A DNA stretch of 37,891 nucleotides from Octopus bimaculoides (taxonomy: Eukaryota): contig NC_068982.1 of the NCBI RefSeq assembly GCF_001194135.2, positions 63,620,641 to 63,658,531 of the forward strand. Direction: 5' to 3'. Numbering within the stretch: the first letter of the stretch is position 1; each line of letters begins with the position of its first letter. The position numbers and the translations under genes are program-made. Shown in pieces: positions 1-10,420 of the stretch. The notes below the pieces were generated by a model, which was not told the DNA's origin, made no database searches, and saw only the letters and a program-made list of their open reading frames with translations.

Positions 1-37
1 AATGTGTTGCGATATGTCTTTATATATGTTTTTGAGG

Positions 38-676
38 TCATAGAGCACGAATTTGATGTGGAACAAACAGTTTAATTACAAATAGTGCATCGTCCCTGTA
101 TAATCCCCCTTCCAGGTCTGGGAATTCCTCCTGTATGTAGGAGAGCAGATAAATTCCTACTAAGTCACTTATCTGAGCTGAGTCCGGGGCTCCCATGGTG
201 ATATCGAAGGAGTTAGGGGAGTCTTTACGGACCCAGAGCTTCTTATCGAACCTTATAATAGATTTTCTAGCTTCGAGTATTACATTAATTTCTTTCTTAG
301 TTAGTTGTGAATTATTATTGGCATATATTAGGGCACTATTTAATATCGTGGGGTTAATTGAGGAGTAGTAGTCTACTATTTCTATCTGTATGAATTTGTA
401 GTTACTAGTATTTTGTATTTTGGAGAAACAGTTAAGGGCTTCATATGTGTTAGACCATAATTCAAGGGATAGTCTACTTTTTAGCGTAGGGATGTACTTA
501 TCAAGTATTAGTTTACTTAATTTGCATAGGTCTGATCTATTAGGGCATATTAATCTAACTTTAGTGTCTGTAAGGAAGTTGGGTTTATGGTCTTTTAAAG
601 TGATTCTAGGTCTAAGGGGTATAAATGGTTCAGTTTTTTCGGCTAAGTTGTATTCTAAGAATAAAGGTTCAAAGAA
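38..676 (-). mobile_element. Penelope-like retroelement (PLE) reverse transcriptase fragment
   Basis: Manual translation gives a stop-free frame 676->41 (212 codons, no early ATG, TGA at 38-40): ..ITLKDHKPNFLTDTKVRLICPNRSDLCKLSKLILDK..LWSNTYEALNCF..IEIVDYYSSI..FDITMGAPDSAQISDLVGIYLL..GLYRDDAL. These are the PLE RT motifs ITLKDHK, D(I/V)VDFYPSI, FDVTMG and catalytic YRDD (89-100). Confidence 0.9.
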
Positions 677-2334
677 TCAAACAGAGCTGAATGTAAGGTC
701 TCTGCCTGGTGCGTGGCTACACTGTCGTTACGGTTAAGGATATAACTCTACCATCGTTCTGAAAATCCAGGAATAGAAATATTGCAGAGTATGTATAAAA
801 ATTGATCAGATAAGTAAAGTGGGGTTACAGAATAGATGTTTATTCCTTTTGTTGACAACTGGTTCACAATCTGTGTTAGACACATAAGCAACGCTTCATC
901 ACCCGTCGCAGATTTACATATTATATAAATACACACTCATACATAAAATTGAACTGGAATATAACGAACAGTCTACACATTAAAACTGTTCATCGCAAAT
1001 CAACTTACCATACTCAGCTATAAAACAGGAATTAGTTTCATTATCTAGCGAGAGACAAGAGGTGTATTCTGCTGGCTTCACTCTTTACAAATACTAGTGT
1101 TACCATATATGGAGTGTACTAATACAGCGAGGATGAGTAGATAAACGCAATTACAAAGAAAATACAGTAAGATCAATAAAGGTAGGAAAAAATAAGTTTA
1201 TCATAAAGATCTGCTTTCCAAAGATTTGACTGACAAACACTGCAGTATCTAAATGAATGAACCATATGGTAAAATGGTAACTATATAAATAAACAATTAA
1301 CTTCAATAAAAATATGGAGAAAAGGAATAGGAATTAGCGATAAAAAAATATAGAAAGGCTTTTTTTTTAAGAACAATGGTATTTATTTTAATACGTTTTG
1401 TGTGCATTGTAGAGCCACCTAAATTATTGGAAGACGGACGTATAAATTTAAGACCATTTGTAACGGCACCAATAAACATACACCTGCACCTCACATGAAT
1501 TTTCTCAGACACATTCATACACATACATTTACATACACACGCTCACATACACGCCATTTAGCACACACAAAATACATACTAGAACAGTAATTTCTTAAAT
1601 TGTTGTTCATCACTATCCTTAAGTGAGCAAATATATAATTTTTTGTGTATACATACACAGACATATTCGCACACATACATACCCAGACAATATTCACGCA
1701 CATACATCTTTCGTACTTTATCAAGCCATCTCATTATTAACACTAAGAATTAGGATATATTTTGCTATAGTTAAAATTATATATTGTATAAATAGAAACG
1801 ACAAATAAAATGTGAGATGTTGTTTATACTGAAATAAATTACTGTATGGGAAACGTAAATCAAGAGTTAACTGGTAGTATTGTTAGTGTGATAAGTTTCA
1901 TGCTATTATTTTAATTATTAGTATACGATAGGGAGGACCAGTGGTACATTTGTGAACATCGTATAATTAATTAATGAAAAAACATTTACTGCTAATTGGT
2001 TCATAGATTAAAGATGTACACTAGTTATCCGTCATTGCTATGTGTATAAGGTAGCACTGACATGCCAATCGAAATCAATTTATTCATACTGGGAATAAAC
2101 TAAGATAAACTAGATAAAATAAACAAGGTAGAAGTGAGGAAATATAGAAAATTAGAAATAGTATTAATTACACTGGACAGTTGACTATTAATAGTAATAT
2201 TAATATTGTATTTAGGTTGAAGCTAAATGTACTATTGATATGGAAGCCAAGAATCAACTCTCAGCAGGGTTCCCATCGCTGACCCGAATAATACTGCAAT
2301 TTCCACAACTGAGTCATATACTAACGTGAAGAAT

Positions 2335-2498
2335 AGGCGTGACTATGTGATCAAAATTTTGCTTCCAGCTACATGGTTGCAAGTTCAGTTCCAATGCGTG
2401 GCACCTTGGACAAGTGTCCTCTACTATAGCCCCGGGCCAACAAAAGCCTTCTCACTAGATTTGGTAGATGGAAACTGAAAGAAGCCTGTCGTATGTAT

Positions 2499-2593
<95 letters not shown>

Positions 2594-2807
2594 TATGTAC
2601 GTGTGTGTCTTTGTGTCCGTGTTTGTTCCCCAAGACCAGTTAACAACAGAGGTTGGTACGATTACGTCTCCACAACCTAGCGGCTTGGCAAATTCACCGA
2701 TAGAATAAGTACTGGGGTCGATTTGTTCGACTAAAATTTTTCATGGTGGTGTCCCAGGACGTCCGCAGTCTAATAATTGAAGCAGGTAAAAGAAAAAAGA
2801 TAAAAGA
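2335..2807 (+). mobile_element. tRNA-derived octopus-type SINE with internal (GT)n
   Basis: tRNA-like head with B-box-like AAGTTCAGTTCC (about 2381), CORE-like GCACCTTGGACAAGTGTCCTCTACTATAGCC, internal GT array, TAAGTACTGGGGTCGATTTGTTCGACTAAAA segment and an A-rich tail (AAAAGAAAAAAGATAAAAGA). Matches the abundant octopus SINE consensus as I recall it. Confidence 0.8.
2501..2592. repeat. (GT)n microsatellite inside SINE
   Basis: About 46 perfect GT units seen directly. Confidence 0.98.
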
Positions 2808-2849
2808 TGACGTTACCAAGAACTTTTGATAACGGATCTACTACCATCT

Positions 2850-3235
2850 TCAACAACATATCCACCTGGACTTGATGCAATTACAAACCTGGGGAAACGT
2901 ATCAATTAAATTGAAACTGCACCCAAGCTAACAACAAGCTCAGCCACTAGATCCTACATCAGAGCAACCACTAACTTGATGATATTCCGAATATCAACTC
3001 ATACGCAATATTAATCTAAAATCTAATACATCATTAGCTGAACATATTTGTTTACTCCAGTCCCAAAACATTAACTATGAATTTAAATGGCTTACTTTGT
3101 CTAAGCCCAACCCAATTATAGTAATGGGAGTCTGTAAAACTTGTATTCGCAAAACCCTTGAAATTCTATTTGCTGATTTAAAAAATGCTAACAAACGTAA
3201 CGAACTTATCGCGAAATGTAAGCATTACTTACATA
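2850..3235 (+). mobile_element. PLE GIY-YIG endonuclease C-terminal fragment (degenerate)
   Basis: Translation ..CNYKPGETYQLN..RSYIRATTN..NTSLAEHICLLQSQNINYEFKWLTLSKPNP..CKTCIRKTLEILF..NKRNELIAKCKH matches the PLE end pattern YIG.T..TSLS.HIW.L..W.IL..C.LC..EK..NKR.EL..KC.H. Confidence 0.75.
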
Positions 3236-3239
3236 AGGT

Positions 3240-4340
3240 TGATTTCTTTTCCCTGAAAATCCAGGCTTATCCCGTAGGCTCTACTTACAAAATCAAATGC
3301 TCCTATTATTGTTGGTATAAATATAAATTTGTAGTCCGTATATTGAAGCTGAAGGCTTCGGAGCAGTTGCTCATATCTATCTTCTTTCTCTTTGTTTTTC
3401 AAAGAGATATTCACATCAGCAGAACTGCTGACATCTATGACCCTACATAGTTTTTCTTGTCTATCCCACACAATATTATCTGTCAAATGTCTTGATGGAA
3501 ATGTACCACCAGTATTCCTTGTGCAGATATTTGTGTACGTATTCAGTAACAGGGGAATTCTTTATATTTATTCCAGGACATTCTTTTTTTCTGAATGGCA
3601 TTCTATATTGCTTTTGCGACAACGTCATGTCGCATACGAAGGCAGTACTGTGATGATATTTTTGAGCTGCTGCTAATCACATATGTGATGTCTTCCACAG
3701 AAATATAACATAATCTACATTTACGGTTGCATCTTGTTTATTAGGTATTATTAATAATCCCCTGTTCTTAGTTTGCAAATGTATAGCCTTCGAAGAGTAA
3801 TGTTACGTAGCAGTCTCTTGTCCAAGAGAGACCTTGCCTCATGTCGATGTTACTATCTTCTTCCAGTCTTCAAGAAACATAACGATGCATGGTCATTTTT
3901 TTTTTATCATTTCATTTCCAGGTCTTCTTTGAGGTATGCTAGTTCGGCTAATTTGGAGTTGTATGGGAGATCATTCGGAAGAGGGTACTACCTGAAGAGC
4001 TCATTTCCAACAAGTAAGATATTGTTTTCTTCACTTTTCAGCACTAAGTTAACGTAATTAATTCTGTTACTGTTGCTTAGTAAGTGGTGTCTAAGAGAGA
4101 CTATGCGATATTCAAAGGCTGTCTGCACTGACCTCAAGCCCCTACTTCATTTATCTCTTCTTAGATAGAGACTGTCGATGTCGTTATTTTTGTAGAGATT
4201 TCCAATTGATGTTAGAATCTTGCGAGTTTTAATATCTATGGAGTCGATTTCTTCTCCAGGTAAGTCAAGTAACCCAAATGTTAAAATCTTGACAAAGTAT
4301 TTGGTAGGTTTACTATGGGCAGGCTTATTGTGCATATTCT
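3240..4340 (-). mobile_element. RLE-type non-LTR retrotransposon fragment (R4/Dong- or NeSL-like): RT thumb, CCHC knuckle, restriction-like endonuclease
   Basis: TFGLLDLPGEEIDSIDIKTRKILT..DIDSLYLRR (4147-4335); FEGYTFA..KCRLCYISVEDITYVISS..MRHDVVA (about 3610-3800); DNIVWDRQEKLCRVIDVS..ADVN (3229-3486, RLE). Many stops and frameshifts. Confidence 0.85.
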
Positions 4341-4344
4341 TTTA

Positions 4345-5080
4345 TAAGAGTATACAATAACCAGATTACTATCTCGCACTTTGAAGGGTATACGTTTGCA
4401 ATCCAGGAACAAGAAATGTTAACCAAATACCTGATGCACAAAAGGGATGGAAATGCAGGACATGTAGTAACATGTGACAACCGATACACACTTTGTAACG
4501 TTAACACCGAAGACATCACCCACATCATAAGCAGTTGTCCGAAATTGTCATCATAGTGTGATATGATCTACCGATGAGACATGATGTTGTAGCTAGGACA
4601 CTCTATAATGAAATCTGTCGGAAGGATAAACCCGAGGACAAAGAACCTACAGTATGGTAGAAGCCATAGCCACTTATAATAGAAAGGAGTACTGGTGGAA
4701 TGTCTCATTGAAGACCTCAGTAAACTGTAAGCACAACACACCTGATATAATGATTTGGGATAGAGAAGAGAAACTGTGTACAGTTGTAGAAATTAGCTAC
4801 CCAGCGGATGTTAACATAAAGCAGAAGATCAGTAAAAAAGGGAATATCTGCGCTGAACTATTGAGAAATCTGCAGTTACTCTATCCAGAGAACAAATTCA
4901 GGTTTATGCCTGTAATTATTGTGGCACTGGAATATGTAACGCACTACCTAAATGCCAATCTTGAGAAATTAGGCTTCTCAAAACCAGAAAGCTAATTCGA
5001 AGACTTGAGATTCAATCTATCACTGGAAGTGTAAAAATCTGTGAAACTTTCCAGAAGTTTATCACTTAAAAATATGTGAG
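4345..5080 (+). mobile_element. Second RLE-type non-LTR fragment of a related subfamily: CCHC + RLE + ORF end
   Basis: SHFEGYTFAIQEQEMLTKYL..EDITHIISSCPKL..MRHDVVARTLY; ORF 4654-4995 YWWNVS..HNTPDIMIWDREEKLCTVVEISYPADVNI; ends GSVKICETFQKFIT* near 5080. Confidence 0.85.
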
Positions 5081-5149
5081 CATGTCCAGATATGCAAGTA
5101 TATATATATATATGAGAATACATGCATAAAACAAAACATATAAAATCTG

Positions 5150-5517
5150 CACATAGACATGCGTACATACATACATACACACATACATGCATACATACAT
5201 AGATACATACATTCATGCATACATACATACATACATACATACATACATTCAAAAATACCCTGTTGTTGATGTTTAAATTCTAATGAATGGGCCTTGCATC
5301 TAGGCTAGAAACCGCTTCTTTCTCTGTTGGTAAGAAATCATGAAATAAAACTGAACAATGACATACATCATACAGTGACATGAATATAGATATAGAAAAA
5401 CAGAGAGATAGATGCGTAAATACATAATTACGTATATAAATACACATACACACACATACATGCACATATACATACATATAAACGTATGCAAATATATACA
5501 TATAGTCATATATACAT

Positions 5518-5550
<33 letters not shown>

Positions 5551-5577
5551 NNNNNNNNNNAACAGCCATGCGAGGAC

Positions 5578-5654
<77 letters not shown>

Positions 5655-5688
5655 TGGACAGACAGGCAGACAGACAGACTGAAAGATT

Positions 5689-5751
<63 letters not shown>

Positions 5752-5760
5752 CTATGCGGT
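5150..5760. repeat. Compound microsatellite block (CATA)n, (TA)n, (GATA)n with a 10-N gap
   Basis: (CATA)n about 5165-5248, (TA)n 5522-5550, N 5551-5560, (GATA)n about 5578-5650 and 5692-5750. Confidence 0.95.
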
Positions 5761-6593
5761 TGGCGTGCATCAGATAGCAAACAAACACATTTCACTTCAG
5801 AACCGCACGACTTAGCAGAGGGATTGCGCAATGACCAATATTCCACGGTTAAACAAATTCAAGAGTAATCATTGCCTCATTACCATCATCATTGCTACTC
5901 CCCCTTCCACTTCGAGCATAATTATAATGTCGATATGTTTACCGTTGGTGACACTAGAAATGTATAAAAGTTATAACATAAAAGAACAAGATAACTCTGC
6001 AACAATGTGATAAGATCAATATTTTGTGCATTATATTACCATTATAATGTGAGCTAATTGAATCGTAACATTAAATATTTTGAAAGAAACAAGAAAGAAA
6101 CAAAACCTATTCGAAATTAGTTTCTTATGGAGCTAGAAATATTACAAGCATTATTTGAACTCATCTATGACAACAAATAGAGTCATGCAAGGAATCAGTA
6201 TCAACACAGTCGACCACATGTCATTATACTATGATAGGATAGCGAATTAACAATGGTTCCTCTACACGGGTTCTTCGTTGGGTTGAAAATAACAGTCACG
6301 TTGCTCGAAAAGACACCCTACCGACATCAAATAAGAACACTTTAGAAATATGTCCCTACATATAACAAACCAAGGCGGTCACAGCTTGAATGCCTTTGAT
6401 CGTAGTTCTGTAGTTCAAATAATGTTTCGGTAATATTAGTTTACTTTGTTAAGACTATGAAATTATTCAATTTCATAATACACGCTATTACAATATTAGT
6501 TTCCTTCTCAGAAATGCGCATATTTTTCGTAGTCCATTTTCGAAACAAATTTGCATAAACGCCGTTTGTTATATCATTTAATGATATTTCTAC

Positions 6594-6656
6594 TGGATAT
6601 ATATATATATATGCATGTATATATCTGTGTGTGTGTGTGTATGTGTGTGTGTGTGC

Positions 6657-6687
<31 letters not shown>

Positions 6688-6714
6688 TGTATGTGTGTGT
6701 GTGTGTGTGTGTGT
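6594..6714. repeat. Compound (TA)/(TG)/(TGCG) microsatellite
   Basis: Seen directly. Confidence 0.95.
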
Positions 6715-6775
6715 AAAATAACGAAGACGTCTATACGCAATATAGGACAAAAGGGAAAAATACAATTGTCACTAA

Positions 6776-6862
6776 TTGTAACTGACGATGCAGAGTAGCA
6801 CCTACATTGCTAGAAATACGACTTAAATAACCGTAAGGAAACTCAGTTCCATACTCTTACAA
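6776..6862 (+). ncRNA. Putative type I hammerhead ribozyme (degenerate), PLE-associated
   Basis: Stem I TTGTAA (6776-6781) / TTACAA (6857-6862) is perfect; core CTGACGA (6782-6788); stem II hairpin 6789-6812; GAAA 6813-6816; stem III TACG / CATAC is imperfect; cleavage triplet CTC (6854-6856). Confidence 0.55.
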
Positions 6863-6894
6863 GGGAGATAACCGATCCACAGCGAGCGAGATCA

Positions 6895-7620
6895 CTACAC
6901 TGGTTTAGTATCGCTTAGTATCAAAGAAGGAAAAGCAATTGAGAGTTAAGACGAGCTCACCTAGGCGGAGGAGTGTATTAGTGCTGGGTTGAGGTACGGA
7001 ATGACGGTCTAAGAAGTGTTTAAGTGCTAGTAGACCGTCATTGTGAGGGTTAAATGTGTACAAATATTTAATGTCCATGGGAAGAAGGAGTTTGGATTCA
7101 CCAGGCTGAAAAGAGAATTCGTTGAAGAGGTGTAGCGTATGGTTAGTGTCTTTGATATGCAAAGGTAGGGCAGCGACGAGAGGGGATAAAAGTTTGTCAA
7201 GGTAGGAAGATAAAAGTTCTGAGGGGCAATTGCAAGCAGAGACAATAGGGCAGCCGGGATTATGTTGTTTATGTATTTTAGGGACGAAATAGATAGTGCA
7301 AGTTCAGGGTGTGCTAACAATGAGGTTGGTGGCAGTGGGTGTCAGTGAACCATAAGAGTTCAGCTGATGTACAGTGATCGAAACATTCTTCTCGTAATGG
7401 TTGGTGAGATCACTTGGTACTTTCCTGTAGTATCTAGGGTCGTTGAGTTGGCGGAGTGATTCTTTTCTGTAAAGGTTGATTCGCCAATGTTCTTACGTTG
7501 GCGGAGCTTTCGGAGAGCATCCAGTTCCAATGGAGGAAGGTTCGAAATCCTTGGTTTTCTATCGAAATTGAAGGCACCGAGGTCGAAAAGGCATTTATTA
7601 ATAAACACATGTTTTGTTTC
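6895..7620 (-). mobile_element. PLE fragment of a second subgroup: N-terminal region and RT fingers
   Basis: SNLPPLELDALRKLRQRKNI (7360-7662 frame); ..NTNHTLHLFNEF..LLLPMDIKYLYTFNPHNDGLLALKHFLD..STNTLLRLGELVLTLNCFSF (6905-7162) matches the PLE pattern MDV.SLYT.IPH.DGL.AL..L.ELVLT.N.F.F. Truncated before the QG..MG and YxDD motifs. Confidence 0.85.
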
Positions 7621-7708
7621 TATTTCACTTCTTTTATCATTATTTGTTAACTGGTTGATCATTCAACTAATTATGTACATATGTATATATATATATATAT
7701 ATATATAT

Positions 7709-7886
7709 NNNNNNNNNNNNNNNNNNNNNNNNNNNNNNNNNNNNNNNNNNNNNNNNNNNNNNNNNNNNNNNNNNNNNNNNNNNNNNNNNNNNNNNNNNNN
7801 NNNNNNNNNNNNNNNNNNNNNNNNNNNNNNNNNNNNNNNNNNNNNNNNNNNNNNNNNNNNNNNNNNNNNNNNNNNNNNNNNNNNNN
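7709..7886. other. Assembly gap flanked by (TA)n and (TG)n
   Basis: Run of N. Confidence 0.99.
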
Positions 7887-7905
7887 TGTGTGTGTGTGTG
7901 TGTGT

Positions 7906-7943
<38 letters not shown>

Positions 7944-7954
7944 ATACATATGTG

Positions 7955-8740
7955 TATGTGCCAGTGAAGTTGCGTGACGTTTGTTTATTTTTCGGAATAA
8001 CGAGATGTGGTTGTAATAACGGACTTTGAATTGGTTTTCCGTGGCCCCTATGTACACGTATTTATGTTGGGATGTGGAGATGGTGTATTTGTATACTATG
8101 TTTTTCTGGATACATTGGTTCCTGAGCGGACATGTGGATTTTCTACTGCATGTGCAGTTATTTGTACTATTATTATTTTTATGTTTATCTAGAGGCCTTT
8201 TGGTTCTATTTTCATGATGTTCTGTTTGATTGTTAGTGTCTGGAGCATTGTAGATTCGGCAATCTTCTTTGTTGGATCTTTATTGACGATTCATTTCAGT
8301 TTTATTGCCACCGTCTTTTACGTTATGTGAGTTTTGCAGTCTACCTGTTGTTTATTTTTGTTATTTGGCCTTAAACTCTGTGATGTTTTGATTTGTTTGG
8401 TCTTTGCTAGCTAACCTTGTTTGTATGTTTAATTTCGTGCTGTTGTATTTATGTATGTAGTACTCTATGTTGTACGATATTTTATGTGTTTCAGGGAAGC
8501 ATCTATTTAATGCTGCAATGAAATGCTTACCTATCTTGAACGATATCTGAAGCCCAAAAATTGGATTATACCATATGACCTCCGAATTTTTGTACCTTTT
8601 GTTTGGTTCCTTCAACCTATTTTCTGTGTTGTTACGATTATGTGCGTCTGTATTCCAATTATTTCTATTCTTTAGGGTTTTCCTCCCATCTTTCTCAGGT
8701 TTTCCCTTTTTTATTTTTATTTTTTTATATACATTCATAT
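7955..8740 (-). mobile_element. PLE fragment: RT thumb, Cys linker and GIY-YIG endonuclease start
   Basis: EVIWYNPIFG..KIGKHFIAALNRCFPETHK (8361-8738) followed by NCTCSRKSTCPLRNQCIQKNIVYKYTIST..YVYIGATENQFKVRYYNHISLF..ATSLA (about 7970-8160), i.e. the IIWFNPP thumb, CxC..CPL..C linker and (V)Y..YIG motifs. Confidence 0.85.
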
Positions 8741-8779
8741 ATTTATATATGTAGTAGATCGCCCGATCGAGGTAAACGA

Positions 8780-10382
8780 AGCGTTAGTGCGAAGCAGTGT
8801 AATAGGGCAGTTATTCGATGTTTTGGTCTGCCACTAACCAAGAACATAGTCAGGACTTGGAGGAAATAAGATGAGCAGCTAAAGCTGCTAAACGTAACAA
8901 ACACTGCCTCCGTAGGGAAGTTGTAAAGTGACGTGAACTAGAAGAAGAATTAAAAACGTGGATTTTAGACCAAAAGAAATCGGGTTTTTCAGTACCCACT
9001 AAAATGATTATGTACCATTCAAGACTTATAGCAATGAACAGAGATATCAATGGTTTTAAAGGGTCAACATCATGGTGTTGAGGAGAAATAACCTCTGTGT
9101 GAGGGCTAGGACAAGACTAGCCCAAAAAATGCCCCTTGAATACGAAGATCAAATACTTAAGTTTCACAGTTATGTCATTAGTGCAAGAAAAGAAGTTAAT
9201 TTTGAATTTTCACAAATAGCAAATATGGACAAAGACTCTTTGACATTAATGTACCATCAAACAAGACGGTAGAAGCCAAAGGTGCTAAAACTGTGACTAT
9301 TAAAACGTGTGACCATGAGAATACACACTACACAGTTGCATCAGCATGCTTTTGCTAGTGGCACAAAACTGCCACTTTTTTAAGTTTTAGAAAAAAGCCA
9401 TTGCCTAAAGAAAGGATATCCAATAGCATTTATGTTCTTGTCCACCCAAAAAGGTTGGATGAATGAGGGAGGAACAAAATTTTGGCTTGATAAAGTGTGG
9501 TTCAGGCGTTCTGGTGGGCTATTAAAGAAACCTGACTTATTAATTTGGGACCTGTTTTGGGCTCATAGAACTCAGCTTATTAAGAGGAAACTTAGAGAAC
9601 TGAAGACTCAGCTGTAATTCCAGGAGGCCTAACCAGTCAGTTACAGCCCTTAGATGTTTCAGTCAATAAACCATTTAAAAGATTCATGCGGGAGGAGTGG
9701 AGCAGGTGGATGCAGTCTTCAGATTTTGAAGTGACACCAACAGGAAGAAGGAAGAGGCCTACAATTACATAAGTGTGTGAGTTGGTAATAAGTTCGTGGA
9801 ATGCTGTAAAAGAAGAGGTAATTATGAAATTATTTTTAAAATGTGGCATTAGTAGTGCCCTTGATGGTACTGAGGACGATTTATTGTTTGAAGAAGATAT
9901 TGATGAACCAGATCCTATGGCAGAGAATTCCAGTGATTAAGAGAATACCGGTAATACGGATGGTAACAGCGAGAATAAGTAACTGCAACTATTTATAGAA
10001 ATTCATCACGTTTACTGTACGTTGCTGATTGGTTTGTATCTGATCTTATCAGTATATTTGTTTTTTGTTTGCATGTACCAGGATTCATTAATACAAATGT
10101 ATATTTCTTTTTTGCTATGACAAATTTAGTTCAGTTTCCTTTAAAGGTTACATACGACTTCACATATGTAAAGTTACATACGACTTCACACTTTATTCCA
10201 GTATACTGTAACAATATTGTATTTCATGCACAGAATCATGCAATTTTCCCAACAAAACCACTTAAAAAATATATTTCGATAAATGTATAATGAAACATAC
10301 TAAAATCGTTTTTTCCGCAACATATCCTTCTAAAATAGAGGTGCGTTTTTTGTGAGGGTGCGACCAATGCGCCGACAAATAC

Positions 10383-10386
<4 letters not shown>
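8780..10386 (+). mobile_element. pogo-family (POGK/Passer-like) DNA transposon, transposase pseudogene with right TIR
   Basis: Brinker-type HTH (CNRAVIRCFG..VRTWRK), CENP-B HTH (RTRLAQKMPLEYEDQILKFHSYVI), DDE_1 motifs IANMDK, KGWMNE..WDLFWAH, VIPGGLTSQLQPLDVSVNKPFK, KCGISSALDGTEDD. D2-D3 spacing is 35 after restoring one frameshift. Ends ..GGTGCG..GCCGACAAATACGG|TA. Confidence 0.9.
10341..10384. repeat. Right terminal inverted repeat of the pogo element, abutting (TA)n
   Basis: GTGCGTTTTTTGTGAGGGTGCGACCAATGCGCCGACAAATACGG is the reverse complement of a CCGTATTT..CG..TAT..GCAC type terminus, followed by TA. No left TIR found. Confidence 0.7.

Positions 10387-10420
<34 letters not shown>

Noticed and set aside
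420-737. 105-aa plus-strand ORF
   Set aside because: Antisense shadow of the PLE RT frame.
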